DNA of 64,000 nt, from contig OZ024743.1 of the NCBI GenBank assembly GCA_964016885.1, forward strand, positions 157,666,001 through 157,730,000, in the 5' to 3' direction. The notes beneath the pieces were generated by a model that worked only from the letters and a program-made list of their open reading frames with translations, ran no database searches and had not been told where the DNA came from. This document shows, one piece after another, positions 12,911 through 27,033 of the stretch. Both the position numbers and the translations under genes were made by a program. The DNA comes from Eledone cirrhosa (taxonomy: Eukaryota). Numbering within the stretch: the stretch's first letter is position 1; the number at the start of each line of letters is the position of its first letter.

Positions 12911-13576
12911 GTATGTATATGTATGTGTATATATAATTATATATATATATATTTGTATCTATATGTATGTGTGTATATAATTGTATTTTATATGCTTCTG
13001 TTGTATTTGTGTGTGTGTATATATATATGTGTGTGTGTGTGTGTGTTTATATTTGTGTGTGTGTATTTTTATTAAGGTGCTGACGTAACTTTTTGTAGAT
13101 ATGTGTGGGTGTGTGTATATGTGTATTTTTATATAATTGTTTATGTGTGTATATATATAATAGCCTCAGAAACGGCTCGAGCTCTGCCGTCGGGGTCATA
13201 CTTTTTCTTATATGTATATATATATATGTATATGTATGTATATGTATGTATATGTGTGTGTATTTGTATGGTTGTGTGTGTGTGTCTGTGTGTGTGTGTG
13301 TGTTTATGTGTATGTATATATGTATGTGTATGTATATGCATAATTACATACAGTGATTTAATGCTTATTTTCATTGATCATTTGCTCCAGGAACTTGTTG
13401 AGTGGTCTAAATTAGCTATAATCATTTATACCCTTTTCTAATTATTTATTTATTTATTATTTGTCGGATTCCCAAATATTTGTTTACCCCTTTCACCTTT
13501 TTACTTTTATATTTTTATATATATGTAATATTTATGTATTTTCTTATATATTTGTGTGTGTGTATATGTATGTATG

Positions 13577-13678
<102 letters not shown>

Positions 13679-13791
13679 ATATATATTTAAGAGTTAAACA
13701 AGGTTCAATGAATACATCTAAGAATGAGTTTTACACACATACATGTGCGTGTATGTATTTATATGTATGTGTGTGTGTATATGTATGTATT

Positions 13792-13833
<42 letters not shown>

Positions 13834-13871
13834 AATACATCCATATAAATACATACATATACACACACACT

Positions 13872-14447
13872 GGTAACATGTATCCCAGTACAACCTGTCT
13901 CATGGTCGGGTCGTTGGCGACTAAACTGGCAACCCCACCAAGGTTTCTTGGTGAGGAGGGTGACTTTGGACATCCTGCAGGACTAAAAACAAAGCCTGTC
14001 AAAGGGCAAAGGAGCTCTTGAGTGTCAATGGCCATCCAAAATCACCGGGAGAGATGACCCCTTAGCCTTTGTCAAGGCAGAATTCTAGGAGAAGGAAAAC
14101 TCTGATATAACACCTGCAACCCTGATGGTATCCAATGACGTTGAAGTGTTCTTCTTTTTGGTAAATATCATCTTGGTTAAGAGAGTGGGACTGGCTTTGT
14201 GCAGTGCCTTTGCTCACTATAAAAGCTTCACGGCACAGGCATTGCTTTATATCTGGAGATCTCTCTGCACTTGTCATCACATGGGCCCAGCACTATGTGT
14301 CAATAATTGTCACAAGTGTAGTGTTTGTACCAGAGTTTTCAAGTCGCTGGCTGGACTAAAAAGTCACACTCGTTCAGCGCATCAGTAGGGGTTCTCCTAC
14401 ATGGATATAAAGTAGTGGCCGTACTCGAAAACGAGTTGGCAGCCACC

Positions 14448-14448
<1 letters not shown>
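13872..14448 (+). mobile_element. Short non-autonomous RTE-derived element
   Basis: Ends with the C2H2 finger CSVCTRVFKSLAGLKSHTRSAH and the tail tactcgaaaacgagttggcagccacc(at)n, which is also seen at the RTE at 18316. Absent from the other arm of the inverted duplication. Confidence 0.65.
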
Positions 14449-14479
<31 letters not shown>

Positions 14480-14844
14480 ATGTATATGTGTATGTGTATG
14501 TATGTGTATATGTATGTGTGTGTGTGTGTGTGTATGTATTTATTTTTATGTATGTATGTGCAATTGTGTGTATTGCTTACCACGTGTGTTTGTTCATTTA
14601 TTTGTTGCCTGTATAATAATTGTTACATTTATTTTTTGTTTTTATGTGACTATATTTTTATTATTATATTTTTTCTTATAATTAATTGTGTGTGTGCGTA
14701 TGTAGGTGTGTGTACATATATCTATATTTGTGTATACGTATGTATGTGTGTATATATGTGTGTATGTATGTGTGTGTATGTACGTGTGTAATAATGTATG
14801 ATTATGTGTATGTATATATAGAGAGAGAGAGAGATGTATATATA

Positions 14845-14880
<36 letters not shown>

Positions 14881-15188
14881 TGTGTGTGTGTGTGTGTGTG
14901 TATTTGTGTGTATGTGTATGTATTGATATGTTGATATATATGTGTGTATGTATGTATATGTATGTGTACGTGTATGAATATGTGTATGTATGTATGTATA
15001 TATATATATATGTGTATATGTATGTATATATATATATGTGTATGTATATATGTGAGTGTATGTAATTGTGTGTGTGTATGTGTGTGCATGTGTGTTTATT
15101 TTTCCTTTCCTTCTTCCTTTTCCAGCCTCACTTTCATATAGATTATATTTTTGTTTTTAAAATCCAATGTCAATAAATACACCAGGAT

Positions 15189-15249
15189 TTTCATTCTGAT
15201 GATTGAAAGCAAAATTTGTTTGCTTTCAAGAAACCACTGGTAAATGAAA
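15189..15249 (+). ncRNA. Type I hammerhead with intact core
   Basis: tttcatt CTGATGA TTGAAAGCAAA atttg TTTGCTTTCAA GAAA CCAcTGG TA aatgaaa: 7-bp stem I, 11-bp stem II. Confidence 0.9.
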
Positions 15250-16335
15250 TAATTGCCTAATGTTGTTTATTATATAACTATTAAGCTCTGTAACCTACAT
15301 AGAGCACTCTTTTTTCCTGGACCTTTCCGACGGAATTACTTCATTTACACACACACACATATATATATATATATATGCATAAATATATTTATATATATTT
15401 GCAAGTTTAAAAGAGATACTGTGTAACGTCAGAAAATTCTTTAAATCAAATTGTAGACGGAAACAAACAGAAAGATTCCGATCTCCAGCTGCCCGTTCTA
15501 AGTGTATCTAATGTATCACAGATATCAAAGGAAATTCCAGTTTTATGTACTGTAAGGATTGTAACTGTGAATATACCACAGCCTCTGTGAACATTACCGC
15601 TAAGACTGTTCGGAACTAGATAGGACGAAGGGCGAATAACTAAGCTAAAGAGATTATTCATTACCTAAAGACGAATAACTGGATAGATCATAATCGTCAG
15701 ACTACATGAAACATTTAGCAGGCTAGAGACACGAAAATCGAACGTTACAACAGACGAATAAGTTGATGAGTAAAGCATGGCAGCTGTCTTAAATAAATTA
15801 AAGAAGCCAGTTGTTAAACTGAAAGAAGAACGAGGCATGAAGAGACACGACGCTAAAGCAAATTAAATATGGCCTTAAGACTGAAAAAGCAAAACACGTG
15901 CTATCTCTTCCATAGAGCGCAGAGAAAGGAAAATAATTAGAACGAAATGTATCGGAGGTGACGTAGGATTTTATGAAAGATTAAATAAATGTCAGATATC
16001 TGGTAAGAGTGCGGAATTCTCATAATCTTTAACGCAAGCTACAACTCGCCGAAATCGCCTGGACCTTTTTTTGCTCAACGAATTTAATATTAGAATTACC
16101 TTCTAGAGATATATTTTACCAAACGCGTAAAGGTGCCACAGTCCCAGTGAACTTACAGCACACCCAATAATAACCAGAGGTTTCTACGTCGGGTTCATCT
16201 TTTTTTTTTTTCAAATGTATTATTTTCTGCTGGATTTCTATCAACTCCTCTCACTAGGCTACATGATGGGTGTTTCATCCTCAAAAGGACCATGCAATAT
16301 GTTGTACCAGATTACATTGGCAACAAATCTTTGTG

Positions 16336-16590
16336 AAGACTTATGGCTTTGTGGTTAGAGCATTGGATATGCAATTAAGAGGTTATGAGTTGGATTCTCG
16401 GACCTGGTGATTAACTGTGTCTTTGAGCAAGACACTTTTTATTTTCACTTTTTGCCAGTTTACTTAACTGTAGAAATGAGTTGTAAAATCACTGGTGCCA
16501 AGCTATATCGGCCTTTGCCTTTCCCTTGAACAACATCGGTGGCGTGGAGAGGGAAGTCTGGTATGTATGACCGACGGGGCCTTTAACATA
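16336..16590 (+). mobile_element. tRNA-derived SINE family B (CORE-like), degenerate
   Basis: A box tggctttgtggttag, B-box-like gagttggattc, tgtctttgagcaagacactt core. Confidence 0.65.
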
Positions 16591-16618
16591 AATCTTTACA
16601 TCGTATTTAATTATGACC

Positions 16619-16711
16619 TTTTACATTCTGAGTTTAAATTAGGCCAAGGTCAACTTTGTTTTTATCCCTCCGATGTCAATAAAATAAGATGCCAGTTAAA
16701 TACTGAGGTTT
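16619..16711 (+). mobile_element. SINE family A fragment
   Basis: ctgagtttaaat...aggtcaactttg...aataaaataag. Confidence 0.6.
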
Positions 16712-18020
16712 AATATTGCTCCGAAGAATTCAAAATGGGAATACAATTATAATAGGACGTTAAATTCAGACTAAACACTGAGGTTAATTTTCTCAGTACG
16801 TACAACACTCCAATATATAAATGAAAACCCCCTTCTAGACTATGAAAATCTGAAATTTGATATATAGAACATGCAGTGGTATCGTAAAATGAACTCGAAA
16901 AATAGTTTATTTATAATTATTGTCTTAGACCACTTTACTCAGAAGGAAAAATGTTAAACAATATAGAAACAACAGCTTCATGAATAAATCAAAAGACAAA
17001 TCGGCGAGTGTACGTGTGTGTGTGAAGGGGTGAGTGGGTTGTGTGTGTCTATATTTATGGATGCATTTGTATTTGTGTGTATATAAGCATTTGTGTGTAT
17101 ATGAATATGTGTGTGTGTATACCTTTATCAATTTATGTATTTATCTGCTGATTAATCTATAAATATGCTAGTGTATGTATGCATATGCATTACTGTGGGT
17201 TCATGTGAATAAGTCTGTGAATATGTATGTGGATATATCTGTAAGTATTTATATTACTTTCTTATCTTTGAACGTATGATATTACAAAAATAAGGATTAT
17301 TTTAACCAAAATAATTTTATCCAACGGATACTGCAGAGAGACTCTCCTTGGAGATTCTAATATAACTTTGATTCTAAGAGATAAAGTTTGCAAAAGTTTT
17401 CATTAATACGATTATAAAAGAAGAAAAACAACCACAACAGCAGCACAGAAAAATGAGTGGAAAGTCCTAAGTCTTCAATCTGCAAGGCAGCAAATCAAAT
17501 AGTTATTTCTAAGTCTTCTCCCCTCAGGATAATGGGAATTATTTGAAAGTAATCAGTGACAAAATCATTAAATGAATTACAGCCAGGAAATGTACTGATA
17601 TCATGACAACTTTCTCCTAGATTTGGTATCCAGTGGCTGTTATGTGATGGAATTTACAATCATGTGAAAAAACTATAGAATGGCAAAGCGAGAGGGAAAG
17701 TCGCAGACAGTGTTTACAACACAATGTCCCAGTAATCGCACGAACTCCTAATAAACTTTGATAAAATATTCTAACTCATTGGCGATGCCTGTGCAGATCT
17801 CTATATAATTTAATATTTTCAATTATAAATCTATAATGTATATATATATATTGGTATTCCTGCTTTTGCTGTCAGTCCATTGCACAGCGGGATCTCTGAA
17901 ACACTTGTATTAGTGCCATAAAATGAATCAAATGTGAAGAAAAGCAAACCCTTACTGAATAAACGAATCATAAATCTACAGATACCTAAAACACTGACCA
18001 TTCTTTGAACTACCGACATC

Positions 18021-18180
18021 AGGCGGTGAATTAGCAGATTCGTTAGAACGTCTAATAGAATGATTTATGGCATTCGTTCCAGATCTCTGCTCTCTGAGTT
18101 CAAATCCAATCGAGGTCAACTTTACCTTTCATCCTTTCGACGTCGATAAAAAAGGTACGAATCTAGTACTGGGGTTGATT
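18021..18180 (+). mobile_element. tRNA-derived SINE family A
   Basis: ggcggtgaattagcag...gagttcaaatcc...cctttcatcctttcg..gtcgataaa. Confidence 0.8.
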
Positions 18181-18313
18181 CTTCCTTCTCGGGATGAAAT
18201 CTGCTGTACTCAGGCCTAGAAAAGGATGGGCTCCGCCAGGCTTAAATGTCTAAGAAACGCCATATACCAATACGGCACACCTATGACTCTATCACAAGTT
18301 ACGGGACCATACA

Positions 18314-19600
18314 TATATGATGGCTGCCGCCTCGTTATCGAGTATGTCCATTGCACGATATAATTATCAATTAATGCTATCGTGCAATGCCTGTGAAGAT
18401 TTTTTTAAAGTGAGGAAAGATATTCACATCGACAGGCAACTGATCTCTGAGGCAATACAATTATATTGGGTATTTACTTTTGCACTTGACATATGTTTTG
18501 GGGGAATTCGCCACTATTACTCTTTGTATTGCTAAGCATGTATATATTTAATAAAAGGAGAATTCTCTATATGACATTTACATATATTGTTTGAGCAGCA
18601 GCCACATGTTGCAATGGAAGGTAGTACCCATATAACACCCTTGGGTATCTGCTGAGGAACAGAAGTGTAATATAATCGCCATTTATGGTCGCATCTTGTC
18701 GCTTTTAAAGATTCAGTGTTGCTTTCGATATTTGGTATCTACCTATTGCTCATAGATTGCAAAAGCATACCCTTTGGAATATGACTTGTTGAAACGTTTA
18801 CTAATATAAAAGAGATTATATTTCATGTCAATGTTACTACTCTCATCTATTTTGCGGGAAACATATACATGCGTAATCTAACTTTGGCATGTATAAAGTG
18901 TTTCTCTTTCGGGTTTTTCTTGATGCGTGCTAATATAGCAGTTCTGAGGTTGCATTGGAATTCATTCGCTGCCATTGTTTAGCATATGCCATCTGGGTGC
19001 TTCTATTCATCATTCAAAAGCTATCTGTACGGACTTTAAGTCTCAGCCTTAAATAGATCCTATCGATATTATTGTTTCTGTGGAAGCTTCCCGTTGTTGT
19101 CAGTATCCCGTCAGTTTTAATATCTATGTGATGGATTCCTTCTATATCCCATATATTGTTATCCGTCTTTGTACCCAAATGCATTGGGGAATACCGCCTT
19201 TTTCTAATCTCCTCCTACCATATTTTTAAAGTCTAGTATTACATTCTTCAGTCACCTCTGTATAATATATTTTCATCAATGCCTTGGCAATTGTATCATT
19301 TGAGCGATGATACAGAGTAGATAGAGATAGGACTGACGTAAATGTTTTTCCCACGTTCAACTATCGTATATTAACATTTCTTTTGACCAATTCTATCCCT
19401 GATTCAACTGCAAATATTATTAACTGCTGCTGTTGTTCAGCATAGTAACCATTTCTAACATACATCTTTAAATCAAGCACAAAGAAATTATAGATTACAT
19501 TGGCATATCTTGCTGTTGAAGAGCCTAGCACGTAATCACTACGTTTGAAAAACGACGAGAGATTTAATGCCAAAATATACAGAAGCACAAACAATGTCTT
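18314..19600 (-). mobile_element. Degenerate RTE-clade LINE, 3' half
   Basis: 3' tail matches 14416-14450; remnants of post-RT motifs; many stops and frameshifts. Confidence 0.5.
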
Positions 19601-19618
19601 TTAGATTGTATCTATATA

Positions 19619-19622
<4 letters not shown>

Positions 19623-19686
<64 letters not shown>
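19623..19686. repeat. (TG)n microsatellite
   Basis: Read directly. Confidence 0.95.
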
Positions 19687-19689
<3 letters not shown>

Positions 19690-19899
19690 CGCCCATTGCC
19701 TTTCGCTTGGACAACATCCTAACCCTGGAGAGGGGAGAGTGGTTCGCATGGGTGACTGCTGGTCTTCCTCAAATACACCTTACCTGGACTTGTGCCCTAG
19801 AAATAATCTTGATCACTTGATACAAGGGTTACACACACACCACAAGACAAAAGAAAAATTCTATATACACTCTTAGCTCTTTTAGCTACTTTCACAAAC

Positions 19900-20630
19900 C
19901 CCCAAAACAACCTGACCTTTTGACACAAGAATTTGGCACAAATCACAGACATAATTTCCTTCAACCTAAAATATACACAAACAACAGAAAAAACACAGAC
20001 AATCACTGCAACAGAGACAATCACAAACAAAATATCCAAAAGAACCAAACTACAAAACAACAAAGGACACCCCCGTAACATAAACTCCATGAATTTCAAA
20101 GGAAATTCATCCAGTCCACATGACATTCCAACAGAACCCACACACAAGAGCGACTATAACAGGCACCAAACCCACACAAAACTAACAAATAACAAATAAC
20201 AGTCGTAATCAAAATAACAATCTTTTTTTAGCACAAGGGCAGATATACCAAGACACACGAAAGTGCCCACACATGAGAAACTGAAGATAATCAACATTTG
20301 CAAGACGTCATTGACAAACATTTAAAGAGATATATCAAGAGCCTGAAATTTGCACCCATCTCACAAAAATCAAATTTCCTCGAGATGAAAAACGGCATCA
20401 CGCAATTCTGCTGAAAACATAGGCTAGCTAAATTTTTCTCGGAAAACAATGACAAAAATGACGAATCTCTAGTTAGAAATAAAGTAATTTCTGCCTAAAG
20501 AAAGGAAGCAATAAATTATTTGATTCCTACTGCGAACACCTGAATTTCCACCTTGAATTAATTGGAAATAGAAACACATGAAATTTCTCAACACATAAAT
20601 GGGATAATCTCACAAGAAAGCACCAAAATT
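19900..20630 (+). mobile_element. Penelope element, 5' part (continues at 27034)
   Basis: LKFAP...QFC*KHRLAKFFSENNDKNDESLVRNK is homologous to EFCRKLRLVEFFADKSNESDESLVKNK at ~43600-43700. Confidence 0.7.
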
Positions 20631-21356
20631 ACAATTAATGGAAATTCAAAGAATTCTCTTTTTTATATTCAATACATGCTATTATGGAGGATTAAGGTGC
20701 CTCACGGTGATTAGATCAGAACTAATCTCTGAATTAGACATAATACAAAGGGTGTGTGACTCCATAGATATTGTACATCAGGTAGCTAGACTTTTATGTA
20801 ATAAATATTTATAACCCCCCAAAAAGCACAGAGACAATAACAAAAATTGAAGACTTCCTAGATACATCTAATTCACAAAGCAAAACGCTTATTTCAGGTG
20901 ACTTTAATGCACACCATCCATTCTGGAATACTAATATCAGGAGAATCAGTATACGAAAGAGAATATCTCTTAGAGGTTATGGATAAATACAACCTTATTC
21001 TACATACAGTACCACAATACCCTACACCCCGACAGGCATTTTAACAACAGAACCTCCCCAATAATAAGCAGGCTGTGGTTTTCTTTCCCAGCCTCTCCGT
21101 TTATAGAAAACTAAATTAAGCCACAATATGGATCTAGGGTCAGATCATGCCACCTTTAATATTGCAATTCCTATAACCAACGAAAACCTGAGCTATTGTC
21201 AAACACCAAATAAAGCCGAAAGTAAGAAAATATCAATATCACAAAACTGACTGGATTAAGTTTACTAATTAAGTAGAAGCAAAACTATCATCCACCAACA
21301 AACTTTACAATGCCTAATCAATTGAAGAGCTAAAATCAAGACTACAATAAATACAG

Positions 21357-22410
21357 TTTAATAGAAAAAAAATAAAAGAAAATTTAGATTGAGAATGGAG
21401 TGTAAAATAGGAAAATATAGAGAAGAAAAAATAAGAAAAAAGAAAAACCGGGAAGGAGAGGGAATGGCACGGACTCTAGTGCCACAGAAAAATGGGAAGA
21501 GGGAAGTGGGAGGATGATAGGGCCCTGGGCCTAGGCCGCGGTGGTGGAGAGGCTGCGCACCATGAACATGACGGCATAGCATTCCCAGGGACAATAGCTA
21601 GCGGCACTCACTGCAACGTCCTCCCCACGTCGCGGGGCTCCCTCCTCAGACGGTCCGCAGACGTTCTGATCTTGCGACTGGTGCTTCCGCAGCGTGAGGC
21701 GAGATGAGGTATCTGAGGTAACCGGTGCACAAGCCGTCTACTCCACCACTGCTGCTACCTGGGAAAGATCTCATGTTGGCTACTACATCCTCGCTGGATG
21801 CTGCAGGAGAAAGATTGCTGGCCGAGGCTGGAGTGACTCTGTTATCGGCTGAGGAGTCGGGATGTTTATGGCGAAGCGTTGACAAAAGATCCGTTGTGGG
21901 CCGAAGCACAGAGTCGTCCTCAATTAGTTTGAGGTTGACTCTGTCCCGGAGTCGTCTCCTGCTGTCGGAAGTAGATTGGCGCGTTGTGTCGGCACTGGTG
22001 GGCTGCATAAGAGGTCCAACAGGGTCGCAGAAAAAGGCAATATTGCCCTTTAGCCTCGAAGTCAGGGGGGGCCCCGATATTTCTCTCACCGTCAGTTTCC
22101 CTAACAACGGGATCCCGTGTGCGAGAGTAAAAAAAATGAAAAGTTTGGTCGAGTCTTGTGGGTCAACCGAGTCAAGCGCTCGGTCGATTGAAGTCATAGC
22201 GCTTCGGCCAGGGGAGTGCGGGAAGTCTGGATATCTTGGTGATGACTCCGCGACTGGAAGGGAGTGGAGAGGGGGGATTGAAGTGAGGAGGAATAAGGGG
22301 AAGAAGGAAGGATGTGGTGTGTGTATTTGCGGCATGCCCAATGGTTAGCAAAGTGACTGTGAGTGACGCTACAAATAGCTAAATAGGCACCGGCTAAATA
22401 GCTTCCTAAA
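21357..22410 (-). mobile_element. Internally deleted CRE-clade non-LTR element
   Basis: LRHKHP...RSFPGSSSGGVDGL (start of RT) joined at ~21680 directly to a 3' end homologous to 23218-23520. Confidence 0.7.
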
Positions 22411-22739
22411 ATAATTTAGATTTCAATCTAAATGGTGACATTTTTTTAACCCTCCAACAATGTGAAATTTTCCAACGAATGAGCATGTAAAGGTATGTGT
22501 AGCCCGCACGGGATAGGAGGTTGGGAGCGAGCTAAAATAGGAATGAAATCTGTGTATGTGGAGAAATATATTCAAGATGTTGAGTTGAATGTTGTGTGTG
22601 ATTAAATATTTGAAGCAGTAAATTCAATAACAGTGTAAAAATAGAACAGTGCGACACTACAACGGAGAAGAGAAGAAGTTGAAAACTGAAGAAGGAATGT
22701 ACCAAAACGAAGAAATGTTGAGATGGGTGGTGTGTATGA

Positions 22740-23530
22740 GTGTGATGAGTGCACCCGTATTGGAGTAGCCCAACGACTTGGTCTCTGTATGTGTGAGCCA
22801 CATAAATGCCGCTGCGGAGTGGTTATTGACAAATTTGGCCTGCACCCTCTGTCTTGCCGCCAGAGCACAGGCCCGTTCCCCGACACGCTGCTCTAAACGA
22901 CATATTGAGAAGCCTGGACGCAGCTGGCTTTCTATCTCAACTGGAGCCAGCAGGCCTAGAACACGGAGATGGCAAGCGCCTCAACGGAATTACCCTCTTC
23001 CCATCTGAAGGAGGTAGATCCCTCATCTGGGACGCCACCTGCTGCGACACGTTCTCCGCCTCCAACTTAATCGCTTCGGCCACAAAGCCGGCGACGCAGC
23101 CCGTCTCGCAGAAGAACGCAAAATAAACAAATACCGGGGTTTGTCCAGCCGCTTCCGCTTCGCACTTATCGCAGTCGACACCTCAGGCGTACTTGGACTC
23201 CGTACTGCCGAGCTCCTCCGCAAGATCGGAGCGTCGGCGACCCGTCTGAGGAGGGAGTCCCGCGAGGTTGGGTGGCTGTTGCAGCGGGTGTCATTGACCA
23301 TCGTCCCGGGGAGTGCTTTTGCCGTCTTGTCCGTGGGGGGCATCACTCCTGCTCCCTTGCCCTAGGTCCAAAACCCAATCACCCTGCCCCCTTACCCTCT
23401 CTCTTCTGCGACACCAGAACTTTTGTCACCCTTTCCTGTTCTTTTGATCTTTTCTCTCTTTCTTTTCTACATTTCCCTATTCTTTCTTTCCTTTTGTTTC
23501 CCCTTTTTATTTTTTTATTAATAAATAATT
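22740..23530 (+). mobile_element. CRE-clade 3' end (CCHC knuckle plus restriction-like endonuclease)
   Basis: HKCRCG...HPLSC, RHAALN, EPAGL..DGKRLNG, WDATCCDT, WLLQRVSLTI; frameshifted. Confidence 0.8.
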
Positions 23531-26500
23531 TTTTTTTTTTTTGGGGGGGGGGGCTTTTGAATAAATGTCGTACTTAATAAAGACATTTACTTTTATCAAA
23601 GTAACCATTTAAAACAGTAAATTCGATAAGCCCTGCATTCTATCATGTGGCCAAGGCTACTGAATCTGTGAATTACAAATGAAAGTAGAGAATGCCCTCT
23701 CAGTAACACCTGTCTATAAATAGATTCAGGTTATTTCAATAGGGAGATGGGGTGGTATCATGTATTGTCTCTTTTCGTTCCTCGCAATTTTGGGGGGTTT
23801 TGTTTTGGTCTGTTTTTGAAATAAATAAGTGAGTGCAAGGTAAGGAGGAATGTGTAATTGTGTGTGTATTTGCGTGATACAATTGCTCCAGGTTGGTTCC
23901 ATGAGTTGTCGCCAGTGGAATGAGGCAGAGGTGTTTTATCTCTGGTGCGCAACCAATACTTTTCAATTTTTTTTTTAAGATCTTGTATTTCTGTTATTCC
24001 TCTCCGTGGATTGTAAATGGCGAAATCCGTTCGAATATGTCCCTGGGAGCTAAGTGATCTAAAGAAATGGTAAAATCCACAGTTCTATGAAAAATACTTT
24101 AAAGAAACCACAGACACGTGAAAAAGGGTAAAATTGAAAATGTTTCCCCCTTTTGGTGTTGAATTGGGAGTGTAAAAATGTTCCAATCACATGCTCTCGA
24201 TTCGTAAAGTTTTAATAATTAATTCTCTTTTTCCATGTGTAACATGACTATAATACAATCTCCCTAATTTGCCTCATTTGTGTGGTTGTGTTGTTTTGCT
24301 GCTGAATGTAGCAGAGGCCCCCCCCCCCCCCCCCCCCGAAAAACACGCCCACACAGATCGGATAAAGATATAGACAAAATACAGGATACAATCACTAAGA
24401 AAGTACCTTCTACGTATTTCGATCCAAATAAAAATAACAGCAATAAGGATAACAACTACAATAAGGCATGATGGAGTGAAGAACTAAAATAACTAAGAAT
24501 GACTCACTCATTCAAAAATATAAATACTATTCTACAGATTACAATTATGAAACATATAAAGGACTAAGGAAAAAGTTTAAAAGGCAAATAAAACAGGTCA
24601 AAAATGATTTCTGGTCTACCAAAGCTATCCTGGGATCCATTGGCGATATATAAAGCTTATACAACGCAATGATCAAAACAAAACCTCCCAAAACAAATCA
24701 AGAGCTATTGACACATGACCTCAATGGTGAGGTAATCTCAGACACTTACAAAATCTCTTCACTCTTTGCATAATCATTTTTGGCACCACTTCAATTACAG
24801 AATCTGTCTACCAGTTGACACCATCCAATAGCCTTACTAAGCAATCTTTCAAAAATGCTAGAAAAAATTATAGGCAATAGATTATCTTCCACAGAACATT
24901 TTCTACAAATCCCAGTTTGGATTTCTAGTTAATAGAAACACTGAGAACTGTGTATATGGAATAATCACATTCATCAGAAACTCAAAACTCTTGGAAAAAT
25001 CAACTAGCTTGATCTCACTAGACATAAAAGGAGCTTATAACAATGTAATTCATGACACTCTAGTCAAAACACTACACCAATTTGAAATCCCCAAATTTCT
25101 TTGTAACTGGGTTGAAAGCTTTCTCACTCATCGTAGTACAAGTCTGAATCTTGGAAATGAGAAAAGCAAACTTATTTACCTTTTAAAGGGTCTCTCTCAG
25201 AGTTCGCCAGTCTCATCCATTCTCTTTCTATATTACACAACAGATTTGTTTACATATCTAAATAAAATTGTAAAAGTATCTGGTTTTGCAGATTATATCA
25301 ACTTATATACTTCATCTAGTATCATTAAAAACAACAAAACCAAATTATGCACAGCCCTATCAACGGCAACTGAATAGGCAAAAGAAAATGGCCAACAATG
25401 TAATCCCTCTAAAGCACAACTGGTTTATTTCCATTATCCTGAACCTATCAATTATCAATGCGATGAAATATACTTGATGAACCAACTACTGATACCACAA
25501 AAATCGATCAAGATACTAGGCATTTGGTTACAATCTGACTTGAAATGGGAAACTCATCTCAAACACACGCTGAAAAAAAATAACTTCAACATAACATGCA
25601 ATTAACGTAATTTCAAAGAAATTCTGCTGCGTAATATACAATCACTTGAGACTGTATAATAAGAGAGTCATCAACGCTCAATTGTTGTATTGCAGCTGGG
25701 TTTGGGGACACACAAAGTACTAGCTATCTTCAAGCTATTGATAGCTTCCGTACCCAAATTGGCAAATCCATACTTGGATGTCAAAGATCTACTCCCAAGA
25801 TAGTGATTTTTCATGAAGCAGGGTTAACCCCAACTCGCTTGTTGATAGAAGAGTCCAGGAAATGCAAATTGCTAACTGCCCAGTTTAAAGAAAACAGCAT
25901 GATATTTTGCTTCCTCCATGAGTAGAATAATTCAAATCGTATAAAATAATGATTAAACAGACAAAGGAGAAAGCAAAAGAACTCCATAACATTATCCCAC
26001 AGTCAATCTCTTTTAACAGCTGGGTTTGCTACACAGACAGGGCGCATTCAGTCAAGAGAGTGGGTTCTGGAGCTACTTTGTCTTTCAAAAATAATTTTAG
26101 AAATATGAACTTCAGATTACATCGGTATTGCACTATATTTGATGCAGAATACTGGGGAATAACATTATCCATAGATTCAGCGAAGAAATTGCACTGGAAA
26201 ATGTTGTTTTTTTTAATTTCCTGATAGTATGTCGAACCTAGAACTGCTTCAGTAGAGAAGAAAGGGTTGGGGTTAGTGATATTGAGAACGTTCCGCTAAA
26301 AGTAGATAACTTCCTCTCAGAAAATACTAAAGAAATAACAGTGATTTGGGTACCGGGCCATACAGATATAAGAGGAAATAGGGAAGCAGACGAATTAGCA
26401 AAAGAAGGAGTACAAAGGGAAATAATAGATATAGGCTATATTCCAAATCTTTCGCAGGTAAAATCATTTAGTAAACATATAATTAGTCAAGGGTGTGAAA

Positions 26501-27033
26501 CATTTCGGGAAGAATCCAGAGATAAGCTCACAAATTTCAATCTCCCAATTTCTCAACCAGATTTCACAACATTCAAAACTTATCGATAATTGAGTAATGC
26601 AAATAAAAAAAAATGTGCTGGACATATACCTTTGAACTACATTATATCAACAACAGGTCGTAGAGATTCACCTTTATGTTCTTTGGCACTTTTTGGCACC
26701 ATCAGTCTGAGGGAGAGGCCATGTTGAAACCAATCTTTAAAAAACTACCAAGATTAAAAGTTCAATATATGATTATACGCCTACCAAATATAAACAAAAT
26801 CTTTGAGTACATGGAATCTACGAAAATATTCAACAACAGAAACTTCTAGCTGTTTTACTAATTTCCTTTTTTTTTCGTTTTCTGATGCATGATTTTTTCC
26901 CCCTTTTTGATTTTTTATTACTTGCCTCTCTAGCCCTTTTTTATTACCAACTATAAGGAATACTTAATACATCCCCTAGTCTATCATGGCTTACTAGCTC
27001 TATACGGACGTTTAAATTGAATAAATAAATAAA

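Larger units (their letters stand above)
20640..27033 (+). mobile_element. Degenerate I-group LINE (APE, RT, RNase H), interrupted at ~21357-24340
   Basis: GDFNAHHPFW and GSDH (APE); SLDIKGAY, GLSQSSPVS, FAD (RT); YTD, FDAE, WVPGHTDIRGNREADELAK (RNase H); (AAAT)n tail ending ~27033. Confidence 0.85.

Noticed and set aside
13165-13200. GAAA-CGGC...GCCG-TC half hammerhead
   Set aside because: The CUGANGA half is absent (truncated by TA repeat); listed only as a remnant.
15440-15900. Possible decayed RTE-like 3' coding remnant
   Set aside because: Motif traces too faint to call without a profile search.
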